Of a stretch of DNA of 64,000 bases, positions 1-7,916 are shown in pieces; positions within the stretch are counted from its first letter, which is position 1, and each line of letters starts with the position of its first letter. The notes under the pieces were generated by a model. It did not search any database. It was not told the origin of the DNA and was given only the letters and a program-made list of their open reading frames with translations. The stretch lies in assembly GCA_049323695.1 (NCBI GenBank), contig JBMOOF010000058.1, positions 86,554 through 150,553 of the forward strand, written 5' to 3'. A program made the position numbers and the translations under genes. Source of the stretch: Pseudomonadota bacterium. GTDB taxonomy: Bacteria; Pseudomonadota; Alphaproteobacteria; Caulobacterales; Caulobacteraceae.

Positions 1-1253
1 GCCTTGTCGGCCTCGCGGCGCAGGTGCTTGAAGAGCCGCATGTTCCAGCTCTTGGCCAGGGCGCTCTCGAAGGGAACGTTCTGGCTCTGCAGGAAGCTGT
101 GGAAGCCCATCAGCCCCAGGCCCACCGACCGCTCGCGCCTAGCCGCGTAGACGGCGGCCCGCGCATCCACCGGGGCGCGCTGGATGAAATCCTCCAGCAC
201 GTTGTCCAGGAAGCGCATGACGTCCTCGATGAAGCGCGGCTCGTCGCGCCATTCGAGGAAGGTCTCGGCGTTGACGCTGGAGAGGCAGCAGACCGCGGTG
301 CGTTCCTCGCCCAGGTGGTCCTTGCCGGTGTGCAGCATGATCTCGCTGCACAGGTTCGACTGGCGGACCTTGAGGCCCAGCTCGCGCTGGTGCCTGGGAA
401 TGGCCCGGTTCACGTGGTCGGAGAAGATCAGGTAGGGCTCGCCGGTCTGCAGCCGCAGCTCCAGCACCTTCTGCCACAGGGCGCGGGCGTCGACCTCCTT
501 GAGCACCTCTCCGGTCTTGGGCGAGCGCAGGCCGAACTTCGTGCCGTCGCGCACGGACTCCATGAACTCGTCGGTGATCGAGATGCCGTGGTGCAGGTTC
601 AGGCTCTTGCGGTTGAAGTCGCCCGAGGGTTTGCGGATCTCGAGGAACTCCTCGATCTCCGGATGGTGGATGTCGAGATAGACCGCCGCCGAACCGCGGC
701 GCAGGCTGCCCTGGCTGATGGCCAGGGTCAGGCTGTCCATCACCCGGATGAAGGGGATGATGCCGCTGGTCTGGCCGGCGCCCTTGACCTTCTCGCCGAT
801 CGAGCGGACGCCGCCCCAGTAGGTGCCGATGCCGCCGCCGTTGGCGGCCAGCCAGACGTTCTCGTTCCAGACGCCGACGATGCCCTCCAGGCTGTCGCCG
901 ACGGCGTTGAGGAAGCAGCTGATCGGCAGGCCGCGGCCCGCCCCGCCGTTCGACAGCACCGGCGTCGCCGGCATGAACCACAGCCTCGACATGTAGTCGT
1001 AGATGCGCTGGGCGTGCTCGGCGTCGTCGGCGAAGGCGGTCGCCACGCGGGCGAACATGTCCTGGTACGACTCGCCCGGCAGCAGGTAGCGGTCCTCCAG
1101 CGTGGTCTTGCCGAAGTCGGTCAGCAGCGCGTCGCGCGAGCGGTCGACCTCCACCTTGCGGACCAGGGCGAGCTGCGGCTTGTCGCCGGCGCTCCAGGCG
1201 GCGTCGCCCGCCGCCTCGCCCAGGGGAATCTGCCGTGCCGCCTCACCCATCAT
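1..1253 (-). CDS. nrdA: ribonucleoside-diphosphate reductase large (alpha) subunit, N-terminal ~417 codons; the 3' part lies left of the window
   Basis: Own translation of the minus strand from ATG-ATG at 1253/1250: MMGEAARQIPLGE..TTLEDRYLL..FMPATPVLSNGG..GGGIGTYWGGVRSIG..RRGSAAVYLDIHHPEIEEFL..RQSNLCSEI..SVGLGLMGFH. The NLCSEI catalytic loop is class I RNR-like. Absent from the ORF track because there is no stop codon inside the window. NrdR boxes lie upstream. Confidence 0.9.
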   Translation of the reverse strand, partial: MMGEAARQIPLGEAAGDAAWSAGDKPQLALVRKVEVDRSRDALLTDFGKTTLEDRYLLPGESYQDMFARVATAFADDAEHAQRIYDYMSRLWFMPATPVLSNGGAGRGLPISCFLNAVGDSLEGIVGVWNENVWLAANGGGIGTYWGGVRSIGEKVKGAGQTSGIIPFIRVMDSLTLAISQGSLRRGSAAVYLDIHHPEIEEFLEIRKPSGDFNRKSLNLHHGISITDEFMESVRDGTKFGLRSPKTGEVLKEVDARALWQKVLELRLQTGEPYLIFSDHVNRAIPRHQRELGLKVRQSNLCSEIMLHTGKDHLGEERTAVCCLSSVNAETFLEWRDEPRFIEDVMRFLDNVLEDFIQRAPVDARAAVYAARRERSVGLGLMGFHSFLQSQNVPFESALAKSWNMRLFKHLRREADK

Positions 1254-1308
1254 GACCCAAAACCCGTGACCAAACAGACCCTTGCCAGGCAGACAATCCG
1301 CCCGACAG

Positions 1309-1356
1309 ACGCTATATCTTGTGGGCGACGCGCCCCCTGAACCCACTATATGGGGC
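1309..1356 (-). promoter_or_regulatory. tandem NrdR boxes (1309-1324 and 1341-1356) upstream of nrdA
   Basis: acgCTATATcTTGtgg and accCAcTATATgGggc fit the 16-bp NrdR palindrome acaCwAtATaTwGtgt (about 13/16 and 11/16). Centre-to-centre spacing is 32 bp (3 helical turns). They sit 56-103 nt upstream of the nrdA ATG. Confidence 0.7.
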
Positions 1357-1516
1357 CACGAGGCCTAATGACTCGTCAACGGGGAGAAACGCGCGAGGGG
1401 CGACTTTTTCGTTAACAAGATGTTGACGAGCCGTCGCGGAACCGTTGCAGAAAAGGTCTTGCTCACCCGCCGCGACCCCTCGTCGCGGACGCGGCGACTG
1501 TGACAAGGTGGCCGGG

Positions 1517-2830
1517 ATGACGCCCCAGCAGATCTACGCCGAAAAGCGGATGACCGCGGCCGAGGTCGCCGCCCGGATGAACTCGGGGAGCCGCGCCGCC
1601 ATGGGCATGGCCCTGGCCGAGCCGCCGGCCATCCTGGCCGCCATCGCCGCCCGGGCGGAGGCGGACGACCTGGACGAGCTGAAGCTCTACTATTTCCATT
1701 CGACCCCGCACGCGGCGGCGACGGTGCTGCGCTACGACCTGCTCGACCGCATCCGGCCGCACTGCTTCTTCCTGGGCCCGGTCGAGCGCGCCCTGATGGC
1801 CCGGGGCGAGGCCGACGGCCGGCGGACCGTCGCCTTCGTGCCCGGCGCCTTCAGCCAGGCGCCCAGGCTGATGAGCGAGCCGGCGCCGATGGACGCCTTC
1901 GTCACCACCGTCTCGCCCATGGACCGGCACGGCTTCTTCAGCCTGGGGACCAGCAACGACTATGGCTCGGCGCTGGTCGGCACGGCCGCCCGCACCTACG
2001 TCGAGGTCAACCGCCACATGCCCAGGGTCCGCGGCGGCATGGTCCACGTCAGCCAGGTGGCCGGGATCGTCGAGAACGATCAGCCGCTGTTCGAGAACCC
2101 GCAGCGCGAGGCCGCGCCCGAGGACGCGGTCATCGGCCGGATCGTGGCCGGGCTGGTCGACGACGGCGCCTGCCTGCAGATGGGCATCGGGGCCCTGCCC
2201 GACGCCGTCTGCGACGCCCTGTCGTCGCACCGCGACCTGGGCGTTCACACCGAGCTGCTGTCGCCGGGCCTGGCCCGGCTGATGCGGACCGGGGCGGTGA
2301 CCAACGCCCGCAAGGCCGCCGAACCGGGGCGCTCGATCTTCACCTTCGCCCTCGGCGACAGGGCGCTCTACGACTTCATCGACGACAATCCCGCCGTCGA
2401 GAGCCGCCCCGTCACCTGGGTCAACGACCCTGCGGTGATCGCCCGCAACGACCGGGTCGTCTCCGTCAACGCCACCCTGCAGATCGATCTGTCGGGCGCC
2501 TGCAACTCCGAGCATCTCGCCGGCCGCCAGTTCAGCGCCGCCGGCGGCCAGCTCGACTTCGTCCGCGGCGCCTACGCCTCGCGGGGCGGGCGCTCGATCA
2601 TCGCCTGCCATTCGACCGCCAGGTCGGGGACGATCTCGCGCATCACCCCCCGGCTGGACGGGCCGGTGACCACGCCGCGCAACGACACCCACCTGGTGGT
2701 GACCGAATTCGGGTTCGCCGACCTGAAGGGCCTGTCGACCGCCGAGCGCGCCAAGGCGCTGATCGGGCTTGCGCATCCGAAGTTCCGGGACCAGTTGACG
2801 GCCTCGGCCCGCGAGTCAGGCCTCCTCTAG
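1517..2830 (+). CDS. acetyl-CoA hydrolase/transferase family protein (4-hydroxybutyrate CoA-transferase-like)
   Basis: Track ORF 1445-2830 trimmed to ATG 1517 (MTPQQIYAEKRMTAAEV). Family-typical blocks: LKLYYFHS, GFFSLGTSNDY, CLQMGIGALPDAV, VNATLQIDLSGACNSE, GGQLDFVRGA. Confidence 0.85.
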   Translation: MTPQQIYAEKRMTAAEVAARMNSGSRAAMGMALAEPPAILAAIAARAEADDLDELKLYYFHSTPHAAATVLRYDLLDRIRPHCFFLGPVERALMARGEADGRRTVAFVPGAFSQAPRLMSEPAPMDAFVTTVSPMDRHGFFSLGTSNDYGSALVGTAARTYVEVNRHMPRVRGGMVHVSQVAGIVENDQPLFENPQREAAPEDAVIGRIVAGLVDDGACLQMGIGALPDAVCDALSSHRDLGVHTELLSPGLARLMRTGAVTNARKAAEPGRSIFTFALGDRALYDFIDDNPAVESRPVTWVNDPAVIARNDRVVSVNATLQIDLSGACNSEHLAGRQFSAAGGQLDFVRGAYASRGGRSIIACHSTARSGTISRITPRLDGPVTTPRNDTHLVVTEFGFADLKGLSTAERAKALIGLAHPKFRDQLTASARESGLL

Positions 2831-2840
2831 CGACGCGTCC

Positions 2841-3404
2841 ATGGAAGCCTTCCTCGTTTCGACCGGTCTCGTCGCCATCGCCGAGATCGGGGACAAGACC
2901 ATGCTGCTGGCCCTGGTGCTGGCCGCGCGGTTCCGCAAGCCGCCGCCGATCCTGGCGGGCATCCTGGTCGCCACCCTGGCCAACCACGCCCTCGCCGCGA
3001 CCGTGGGGGCGGTGGCCGGTCACAGCTTCGGCGGGAGCTGGCTGAAGTGGGTGCTGGGCCTGCTGTTCCTGGGCTTCGGCGTCTGGGCGCTGATCCCCGA
3101 CCGGTTCGAGGAATCGGACGCCCCCGCCGCCGTGCGGTCCGGGTCGGTGTTCCTGACCACGGCGATCGCCTTCTTCCTGGTCGAGATGGGCGACAAGACC
3201 CAGATCGCCACCCTGGCCCTGGCCGCGCGGTTCCAGAGCATCGCCCTGGTGGCCGCGGGCACGACGCTCGGCATGATGATCGCCAACGCCCCGGCGGTCC
3301 TCGTCGGCGAGGCCGCGGCGACCCGCCTGCCGCTGCGCTATATCCGCTGGGCCGCCGCCGCCGCCTTCGCGGCGATCGGCGTCTGGATAATGATCGCGCG
3401 CTGA
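2841..3404 (+). CDS. TMEM165/GDT1 (UPF0016) family cation (Mn2+/Ca2+) transporter
   Basis: Track ORF, 187 aa, polytopic. Two copies of the signature E-x-G-D-K-T (AEIGDKT, VEMGDKT). Confidence 0.85.
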   Translation: MEAFLVSTGLVAIAEIGDKTMLLALVLAARFRKPPPILAGILVATLANHALAATVGAVAGHSFGGSWLKWVLGLLFLGFGVWALIPDRFEESDAPAAVRSGSVFLTTAIAFFLVEMGDKTQIATLALAARFQSIALVAAGTTLGMMIANAPAVLVGEAAATRLPLRYIRWAAAAAFAAIGVWIMIAR

Positions 3405-3453
3405 CGCGGCGGCGAATCCGGTCAGTCTGGCGGCCCCAGCGATGGAGCCGCCG

Positions 3454-3741
3454 ATGACCGCCTACGTGATCCTCATCCGCGACCGCATGATCGACGCGGA
3501 GGAATTCAAGATCTACGGCGCCCGGGCGCGCGAGGCGCGGGGCGGTCACGCGGTGACCCCGCTCGCCTTTTACGGCCGGCACGAGGTGCTGGAGGGGCCG
3601 CCGGCGGAGGGGGCGGTGATCCTGTCGTTCCCGACCTTCGAGGAGGCCCAGGCCTGGTACCGCAGCGACGCCTACCAGGCGGCGCTGCAGCACCGGCTCA
3701 AGGGCGCCGCCTACCGGGTGATGATCGTCGAAGGGGTCTGA
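3454..3741 (+). CDS. DUF1330 domain protein
   Basis: Track ORF 3442-3741. I prefer ATG 3454 (GGAG 6 nt upstream). MTAYVILIRDRMIDAEEFKIYG..ILSFPTFEEAQAWYRSDAYQ is typical of DUF1330. Confidence 0.75.
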   Translation: MTAYVILIRDRMIDAEEFKIYGARAREARGGHAVTPLAFYGRHEVLEGPPAEGAVILSFPTFEEAQAWYRSDAYQAALQHRLKGAAYRVMIVEGV

Positions 3742-3746
3742 ACGGC

Positions 3747-4229
3747 TCAGGCCGTGAAGAGGCGCCGGTCCCACCAGACCGGCGCATGGAGCCCGGCGCG
3801 GATCGACCTGAATTCCGGATGAGCCGGGTTGATCAGGACGTTCTTCTCCATCCGCGCCGCGACGCTGGGCACGAAGAGGATCGCCGTGCGCCGCTCCCGC
3901 ACCCATGCCTCGCCGTACCGCCTGGAGACCACGCCATCGCGCCGGTCCCAGCCCGGATGGCGCTCGGGCGAGAACATCTCGTAGGAGACACCGGCGTCGA
4001 TGGTGATCTCTACGAAATGCTGGTTTGGCGGCATCTGCCCGGACCCGTGAACCAGCTTTTCGAGCATGGCCGTGGAATAGTGCTCGGACGCATAGATCAT
4101 CGGAGAGGCCGGCGTGTTCCAGCGACCCGGCGCGATCCGCGATCCGGTCGCATCGAAGATGGGATAGTCGCCCTCCGGATCGCCGATGCGGAAAGCCGTC
4201 AACGTGCTCGTCAGCCGCTGCCCGGTCAC
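3747..4229 (-). CDS. RES-domain toxin (NAD+-targeting RES/ParT/MbcT family)
   Basis: Track ORF, 160 aa. GTG start overlaps the antitoxin stop (GTGA). RES-family pattern: FRIG..G.RWN, ..IYASEH.STAMLE.., ..LFVPSV... Visibly more A/T-ending codons than neighbouring genes. Confidence 0.85.
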   Translation of the reverse strand: MTGQRLTSTLTAFRIGDPEGDYPIFDATGSRIAPGRWNTPASPMIYASEHYSTAMLEKLVHGSGQMPPNQHFVEITIDAGVSYEMFSPERHPGWDRRDGVVSRRYGEAWVRERRTAILFVPSVAARMEKNVLINPAHPEFRSIRAGLHAPVWWDRRLFTA

Positions 4230-4657
4230 GCGGCCGTGCCGTGCGCCAGTCGCCCGAGGATTTCCTCGACCAGCTTGCCGCCCAGTTCACCCGAGAGCGC
4301 GACGTCGAGCGGCGGCTGTCCGTCCAGCAGCATGTGCGGCGAGAGCATGAACCGGCGCGCCGGGTCGGCGGCGCCCCACACCGCCTGGGCCAGGGCCCAG
4401 ATCCGCGAAATGCGCACCACCCGTTCGCTCTCGTCGCCGGAGAGGACGGCGGACGGCCCCTTCGCCTTTCGCCGGGTGTAGGTCGGCTTTGGAACGAAGC
4501 GGTACTTGAACGCGGCGTCGCCGGGGGCGATGGCGGACGAGAGGCGCTCGGCGACGGCCAGCGGCAAGCCGCTGCTGACCTCTCTCACGGAACTCATGGT
4601 GGTCGCGGCCTCGTGGGGGCTCACGTCCAGCCAGGCCGTCGCTGCCTTTCCGCTCAT
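4226..4657 (-). CDS. Xre-like antitoxin with DUF2384 (MbcA/ParS) toxin-binding C-terminal domain
   Basis: Track ORF, 143 aa. C-terminal block RISRIWALAQAVWG..A.RFMLSPHMLLDGQPPLDVA is DUF2384-like. It lies immediately upstream of, and overlaps, the RES gene. Confidence 0.8.
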   Translation of the reverse strand: MSGKAATAWLDVSPHEAATTMSSVREVSSGLPLAVAERLSSAIAPGDAAFKYRFVPKPTYTRRKAKGPSAVLSGDESERVVRISRIWALAQAVWGAADPARRFMLSPHMLLDGQPPLDVALSGELGGKLVEEILGRLAHGTAA

Positions 4658-4666
4658 TTCGCGCTC

Positions 4667-4698
4667 CTCATGCGAGCCATAATATAGGCTCGCATGAG
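4667..4698 (-). promoter_or_regulatory. perfect 12-bp inverted repeat (candidate antitoxin operator) enclosing an AT-rich -10-like hexamer
   Basis: CTCATGCGAGCC-ataatata-GGCTCGCATGAG. On the coding (minus) strand the spacer reads TATATTAT. The proximal arm ends 9 nt before the antitoxin ATG and overlaps its GAGGAG Shine-Dalgarno. A second 10-bp palindrome ATGAGCTCAT (4694-4703) overlaps the distal arm. Confidence 0.6.
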
Positions 4699-4705
4699 CT
4701 CATTG

Positions 4706-4730
4706 AAAAGCCGCGAGATCGGCCCGCGGC
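4706..4730 (-). terminator. rho-independent terminator after the nitronate monooxygenase gene
   Basis: The minus strand reads GCCGCG-ggccgatct-CGCGGC followed by TTTTC, directly after the stop at 4732. Confidence 0.6.
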
Positions 4731-4731
4731 G

Positions 4732-5727
4732 TCAGGCGAGGGCGCGCGCCCGGGCCGGACTGGCGGCGTCCAGCGCGGCCAGGCGGCCGATGGCGGCGTG
4801 GGCCTCGGCCATCAGGCGACGGACGATGTCGCCGGCCGGCAGGACGTCGTGAACGCCGCCGGCGCTCTGGCCCATGGCGAAGCAGGACTTGTCCGGATCG
4901 AGGTTCTCCGTCTGGCCGCCGATGCCGCCCATGGCCTCGTTCTGGATGCTGATGCCGGCCTGGATCGGGAAGGGCTGGATGTCCTGCGGCCGGCTTTCCC
5001 AGTCCTCGACATAGGGGTTCTTGCGCACCCGCATCGGCTTGCCGCTGTAGCAGCGGGTGCGGACGGTGTCCTCGTCGGCCGCCTCCAGGATGGTCTGGCG
5101 ATAGAGCTCGCCGGCGTGCGCCTCGGCGCTGGCGATGAAGCGGGTGCCCATCCAGACGCCCTGGGCGCCCAGCGCCAGGGCCGCCGCCAGCCCCCGGCCG
5201 TCGTAGAGGCCGCCCGCCGCTGCGACCGGGATCTTCACCGCCTCGACCGCCTGGGCGACCAGCGGCAGGGTGCCGACCAGGCCCGTGTGGCCGCCGCCCT
5301 CGCCGCCCTGGCAGATGATCGCATCGCAGCCGGCCTGCTCGGCCTTCACCGCGTGCTTCACCGCCCCGCAGACGACCATCACCTTGAGGCCGGCCTTCTT
5401 GAGCTTCTCCATGATCGGCATGGGGACGCCGAGGCCGGCGATGAAGGCGCTGGCGCCCTCGTCGATGATGACGTCGACGCTGGCGGTCAGGCTTTCGGGG
5501 CTGGCGGCCAGCAGGTCGACGCCGAACGGCCGGTCGGTCAGGCCACGGACCTTGCGCATCTGGTCGCGGATGAAGTCCGGCCCGCGGCCGGCCATGCCGA
5601 GCACGCCATAGCCGCCGGCGTTGCTCACCGCCGCCGCCAGTTCGGCGTAGGAAACCCCGCCCATGCCGGCGAGAAGGATGGGATGCTCGATGTCGAGCAG
5701 GTCGCAGAGGGGAGTGCGAAGGGACAT
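4732..5727 (-). CDS. nitronate monooxygenase (NMO / 2-nitropropane dioxygenase family, FMN-dependent)
   Basis: C-terminal 331 codons of track ORF 4732-6585; the rest is a frame fusion. Start MSLRTPLCDLLDIEHPILLAGMGGVS at 5727. Other motifs: ICQGGEGGGHTG, GVWMGTRF. Confidence 0.85.
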   Translation of the reverse strand: MSLRTPLCDLLDIEHPILLAGMGGVSYAELAAAVSNAGGYGVLGMAGRGPDFIRDQMRKVRGLTDRPFGVDLLAASPESLTASVDVIIDEGASAFIAGLGVPMPIMEKLKKAGLKVMVVCGAVKHAVKAEQAGCDAIICQGGEGGGHTGLVGTLPLVAQAVEAVKIPVAAAGGLYDGRGLAAALALGAQGVWMGTRFIASAEAHAGELYRQTILEAADEDTVRTRCYSGKPMRVRKNPYVEDWESRPQDIQPFPIQAGISIQNEAMGGIGGQTENLDPDKSCFAMGQSAGGVHDVLPAGDIVRRLMAEAHAAIGRLAALDAASPARARALA

Positions 5728-5738
5728 CGGGACGATCC

Positions 5739-6521
5739 TCAGAAGATGGCGTAGCCGCCGTCGATCACGAACAGATCGCCGGAGTGGTAGCTGCTGGCGT
5801 CGGAGGCCAGGTAGACGGCGATGCCGCCGAAGTCGGCCGGCTCGCCCCAGCGGCGGGCGGGGACGCGGCTGATGACCTTGCTGGTGAAGGTGTCGTTGCC
5901 CTGGGCGCCGGCGGTCATGTCCGTGGCGATCCAGCCGGGCAGGATGGCGTTGGCGCGGACGCCGTAGCGGGCGTGCTCGACGGCAACCGACTTCATCATC
6001 GAGATCACTGCGCCCTTGGTCGCCGCATAGGCCTCGTTGCGGCCGGCGCCCTCGATGGCCGCCAGCGAGGCGACGCCGACGATGGAGCCGCCGGGATCGC
6101 CCGCCTTGGCCCGCTCGACCATGTGGCGGCAGGCCTCGCGGAAGGTCCAGAAGACGCCGTCCAGGTTCACAGACAGCACCTTGCGGTAGGTCTCGGTGGT
6201 CATCTCCACGAAGGAGGGCGAGCCGCGGCCGATGCCGGCGTTGGCGATCACCGTGTCGATGCGGCCCATGGCGGTGGCGGCCTCGGCCATGCCCTGGACG
6301 ACCTGCCGCTCGTCGGCGACATCGACCACCTGGGCCAGGACGCGGACGCCGAGGGTGGTCAGCTTGCCCTCGGCCTCCAGGTTCCGCTCCCGGCTGGAGC
6401 CCCAGATGACGACGTCGGCGCCGGCCTGGGCCAGGGCCTCGGCCATGCCGAAGCCGATGCCGCGGTTGCCGCCGGTGACCAGCGCCACCTTGCCGCTGAG
6501 ATCGAAGGGCTTGTAGGCCAT
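5739..6521 (-). CDS. SDR family oxidoreductase
   Basis: Track ORF 5739-6560 trimmed to ATG 6521 (AGGGAG 8 nt upstream). Motifs: TGGNRGIG (Rossmann), NAG, YAATK catalytic. Confidence 0.85.
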   Translation of the reverse strand: MAYKPFDLSGKVALVTGGNRGIGFGMAEALAQAGADVVIWGSSRERNLEAEGKLTTLGVRVLAQVVDVADERQVVQGMAEAATAMGRIDTVIANAGIGRGSPSFVEMTTETYRKVLSVNLDGVFWTFREACRHMVERAKAGDPGGSIVGVASLAAIEGAGRNEAYAATKGAVISMMKSVAVEHARYGVRANAILPGWIATDMTAGAQGNDTFTSKVISRVPARRWGEPADFGGIAVYLASDASSYHSGDLFVIDGGYAIF

Positions 6522-6597
6522 GGCGCGTCGCTCCCTTGAACGTCTGTTTGACGTCATCAAGGGCGGGTGACGCGGGGGCGGTCAAGCCTCGATGCGA

Positions 6598-7023
6598 TCA
6601 GGCGCCGAAGCGATCGAACCCTTCCCGGATCACCCGGCGGGTTTCGTCCCACTCGACGGCGGCCAGCGCCTGGTCCAGCGGGAAGAAGCGGGCCTCGAGC
6701 GCATCGTCCGCCGCCGCCGGCTCGCCCCGGGTCCAGCGCGCGGCGTAGTCGACCATCACGAAATGGCGGGTCACCTCGCCGGTCTCGCGCGAGGCGACCA
6801 GGCCGTCGACGACGTCGATCAGCCCGAGCAGCTCCGCCTCGCAGCCGGTCTCCTCCTTCAGCTCGCGCAGGGCCGCCTGCTCGCTGGTTTCGCCCCATTC
6901 GATGCGGCCGCCCGGCAGGCTCCACTGGCCGGCGCGGGGCGGGTTGGCCCGCCGGACCAGCAGCACCTCGCCGCCGCGGATGCAGACGACGCCGGCGGTG
7001 GGTCGCGGCAGGCGTTCGCTCAC
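6598..7023 (-). CDS. NUDIX hydrolase
   Basis: C-terminal 141 codons of track ORF 6598-7875. GTG 7023 overlaps the bdhA stop (GTGA). Nudix box GGRIEWGETSEQAALRELKEETG. Confidence 0.8.
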   Translation of the reverse strand: MSERLPRPTAGVVCIRGGEVLLVRRANPPRAGQWSLPGGRIEWGETSEQAALRELKEETGCEAELLGLIDVVDGLVASRETGEVTRHFVMVDYAARWTRGEPAAADDALEARFFPLDQALAAVEWDETRRVIREGFDRFGA

Positions 7024-7811
7024 GCCGCCGTCCAGCCGCCGTCGACGGCCAGGATCGCGCCGTTCACCGAGGCGCCGGCGTCCGAGACCAGGTAGGCGAG
7101 CAGGCCGGCCAGCTGTTCGACCGTGACGAAGGCCTTGGTCGGCTGGGCGGCGAGGATGACGTCGCGCATCACGGCCGCCTCGCTGATGCCCCGGGCGGCG
7201 GCCTGGTCGGCGATCTGCATCTCGACCAGCGGCGTCTTCACATAGCCGGGGCAGATGGCGTTGACCGTGATTCCGCTCTGGGCCAGCTCCAGGGCCGCGG
7301 TCTTGGTGAAGCCGGCGACGCCGTGCTTGGCGGCGACGTAGGCGCTCTTGAACGGCGAGGCGACCAGCGCGTGGGCCGAGGCGATGTTGACGATCCGCCC
7401 GCGCCCGGCCGCCTTCATGGCCGGGATGGCGGCGCGGCAGGCGTGAAAGACGCTGGAGAGGTTGATGGCCACGATCCGGTCCCACTGGTCGGCCGGGAAA
7501 TCCTCGACCGGCGCGACATGCTGGACGCCTGCGTTGTTGACGAGGATGTCCAGGCGGCCGAAGGCGGCGACGGTCGAGGCGACGAGATCGGCGATCTCCG
7601 CGGGCCGGGTCATGTCGGCGCCGTGATAGCGGACGTCCACGCCGTGGCGGTCGGCGAGACCGGCGCGCGTCGCCTCGGTCGCGGCCGCATCGCCCAGCCC
7701 GTTCAGCACCACGGCCGCGCCGGCCGCGGCCAGCGCCTCGGCCAGGCCGAGGCCGATGCCGCTGGTCGAACCGGTGACGATCGCGACCTGGCCCTTGAGC
7801 CCGTCGTTCAT
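7020..7811 (-). CDS. bdhA: 3-hydroxybutyrate dehydrogenase
   Basis: Track ORF 7020-7847 trimmed to ATG 7811 (MNDGLKGQVAIVTGSTSGIG). Motifs: NNAGVQHVAPVEDFP, SAYVAAKHG, GITVNAICPGYV, matching BdhA-type SDRs. Confidence 0.85.
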   Translation of the reverse strand: MNDGLKGQVAIVTGSTSGIGLGLAEALAAAGAAVVLNGLGDAAATEATRAGLADRHGVDVRYHGADMTRPAEIADLVASTVAAFGRLDILVNNAGVQHVAPVEDFPADQWDRIVAINLSSVFHACRAAIPAMKAAGRGRIVNIASAHALVASPFKSAYVAAKHGVAGFTKTAALELAQSGITVNAICPGYVKTPLVEMQIADQAAARGISEAAVMRDVILAAQPTKAFVTVEQLAGLLAYLVSDAGASVNGAILAVDGGWTAA

Positions 7812-7829
7812 GACGTTCTTTATCCCCGT

Positions 7830-7848
7830 TATGTTGCAGCGCAACATA
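7830..7848 (-). promoter_or_regulatory. perfect 8-bp inverted repeat TATGTTGC-agc-GCAACATA upstream of bdhA
   Basis: Lies 19-37 nt upstream of the bdhA ATG. It contains a TGC-N3-GCA core. Candidate operator or 5'-UTR hairpin. Confidence 0.45.
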
Positions 7849-7916
7849 GCCGGTCGCGCCGCCTCCCGCGAGCACGTATAATTCGCCGTTTGATGAATTG
7901 CGAGAGCGGGCGTCGG

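Noticed and set aside
24-1340. 438-aa plus-strand ORF at the left edge of the window.
   Set aside because: It is antisense to a clearly recognisable ribonucleotide reductase frame. The protein is Ala/Arg/Gly/Leu/Pro-rich with no recognisable motifs, which is typical of a high-GC shadow ORF.
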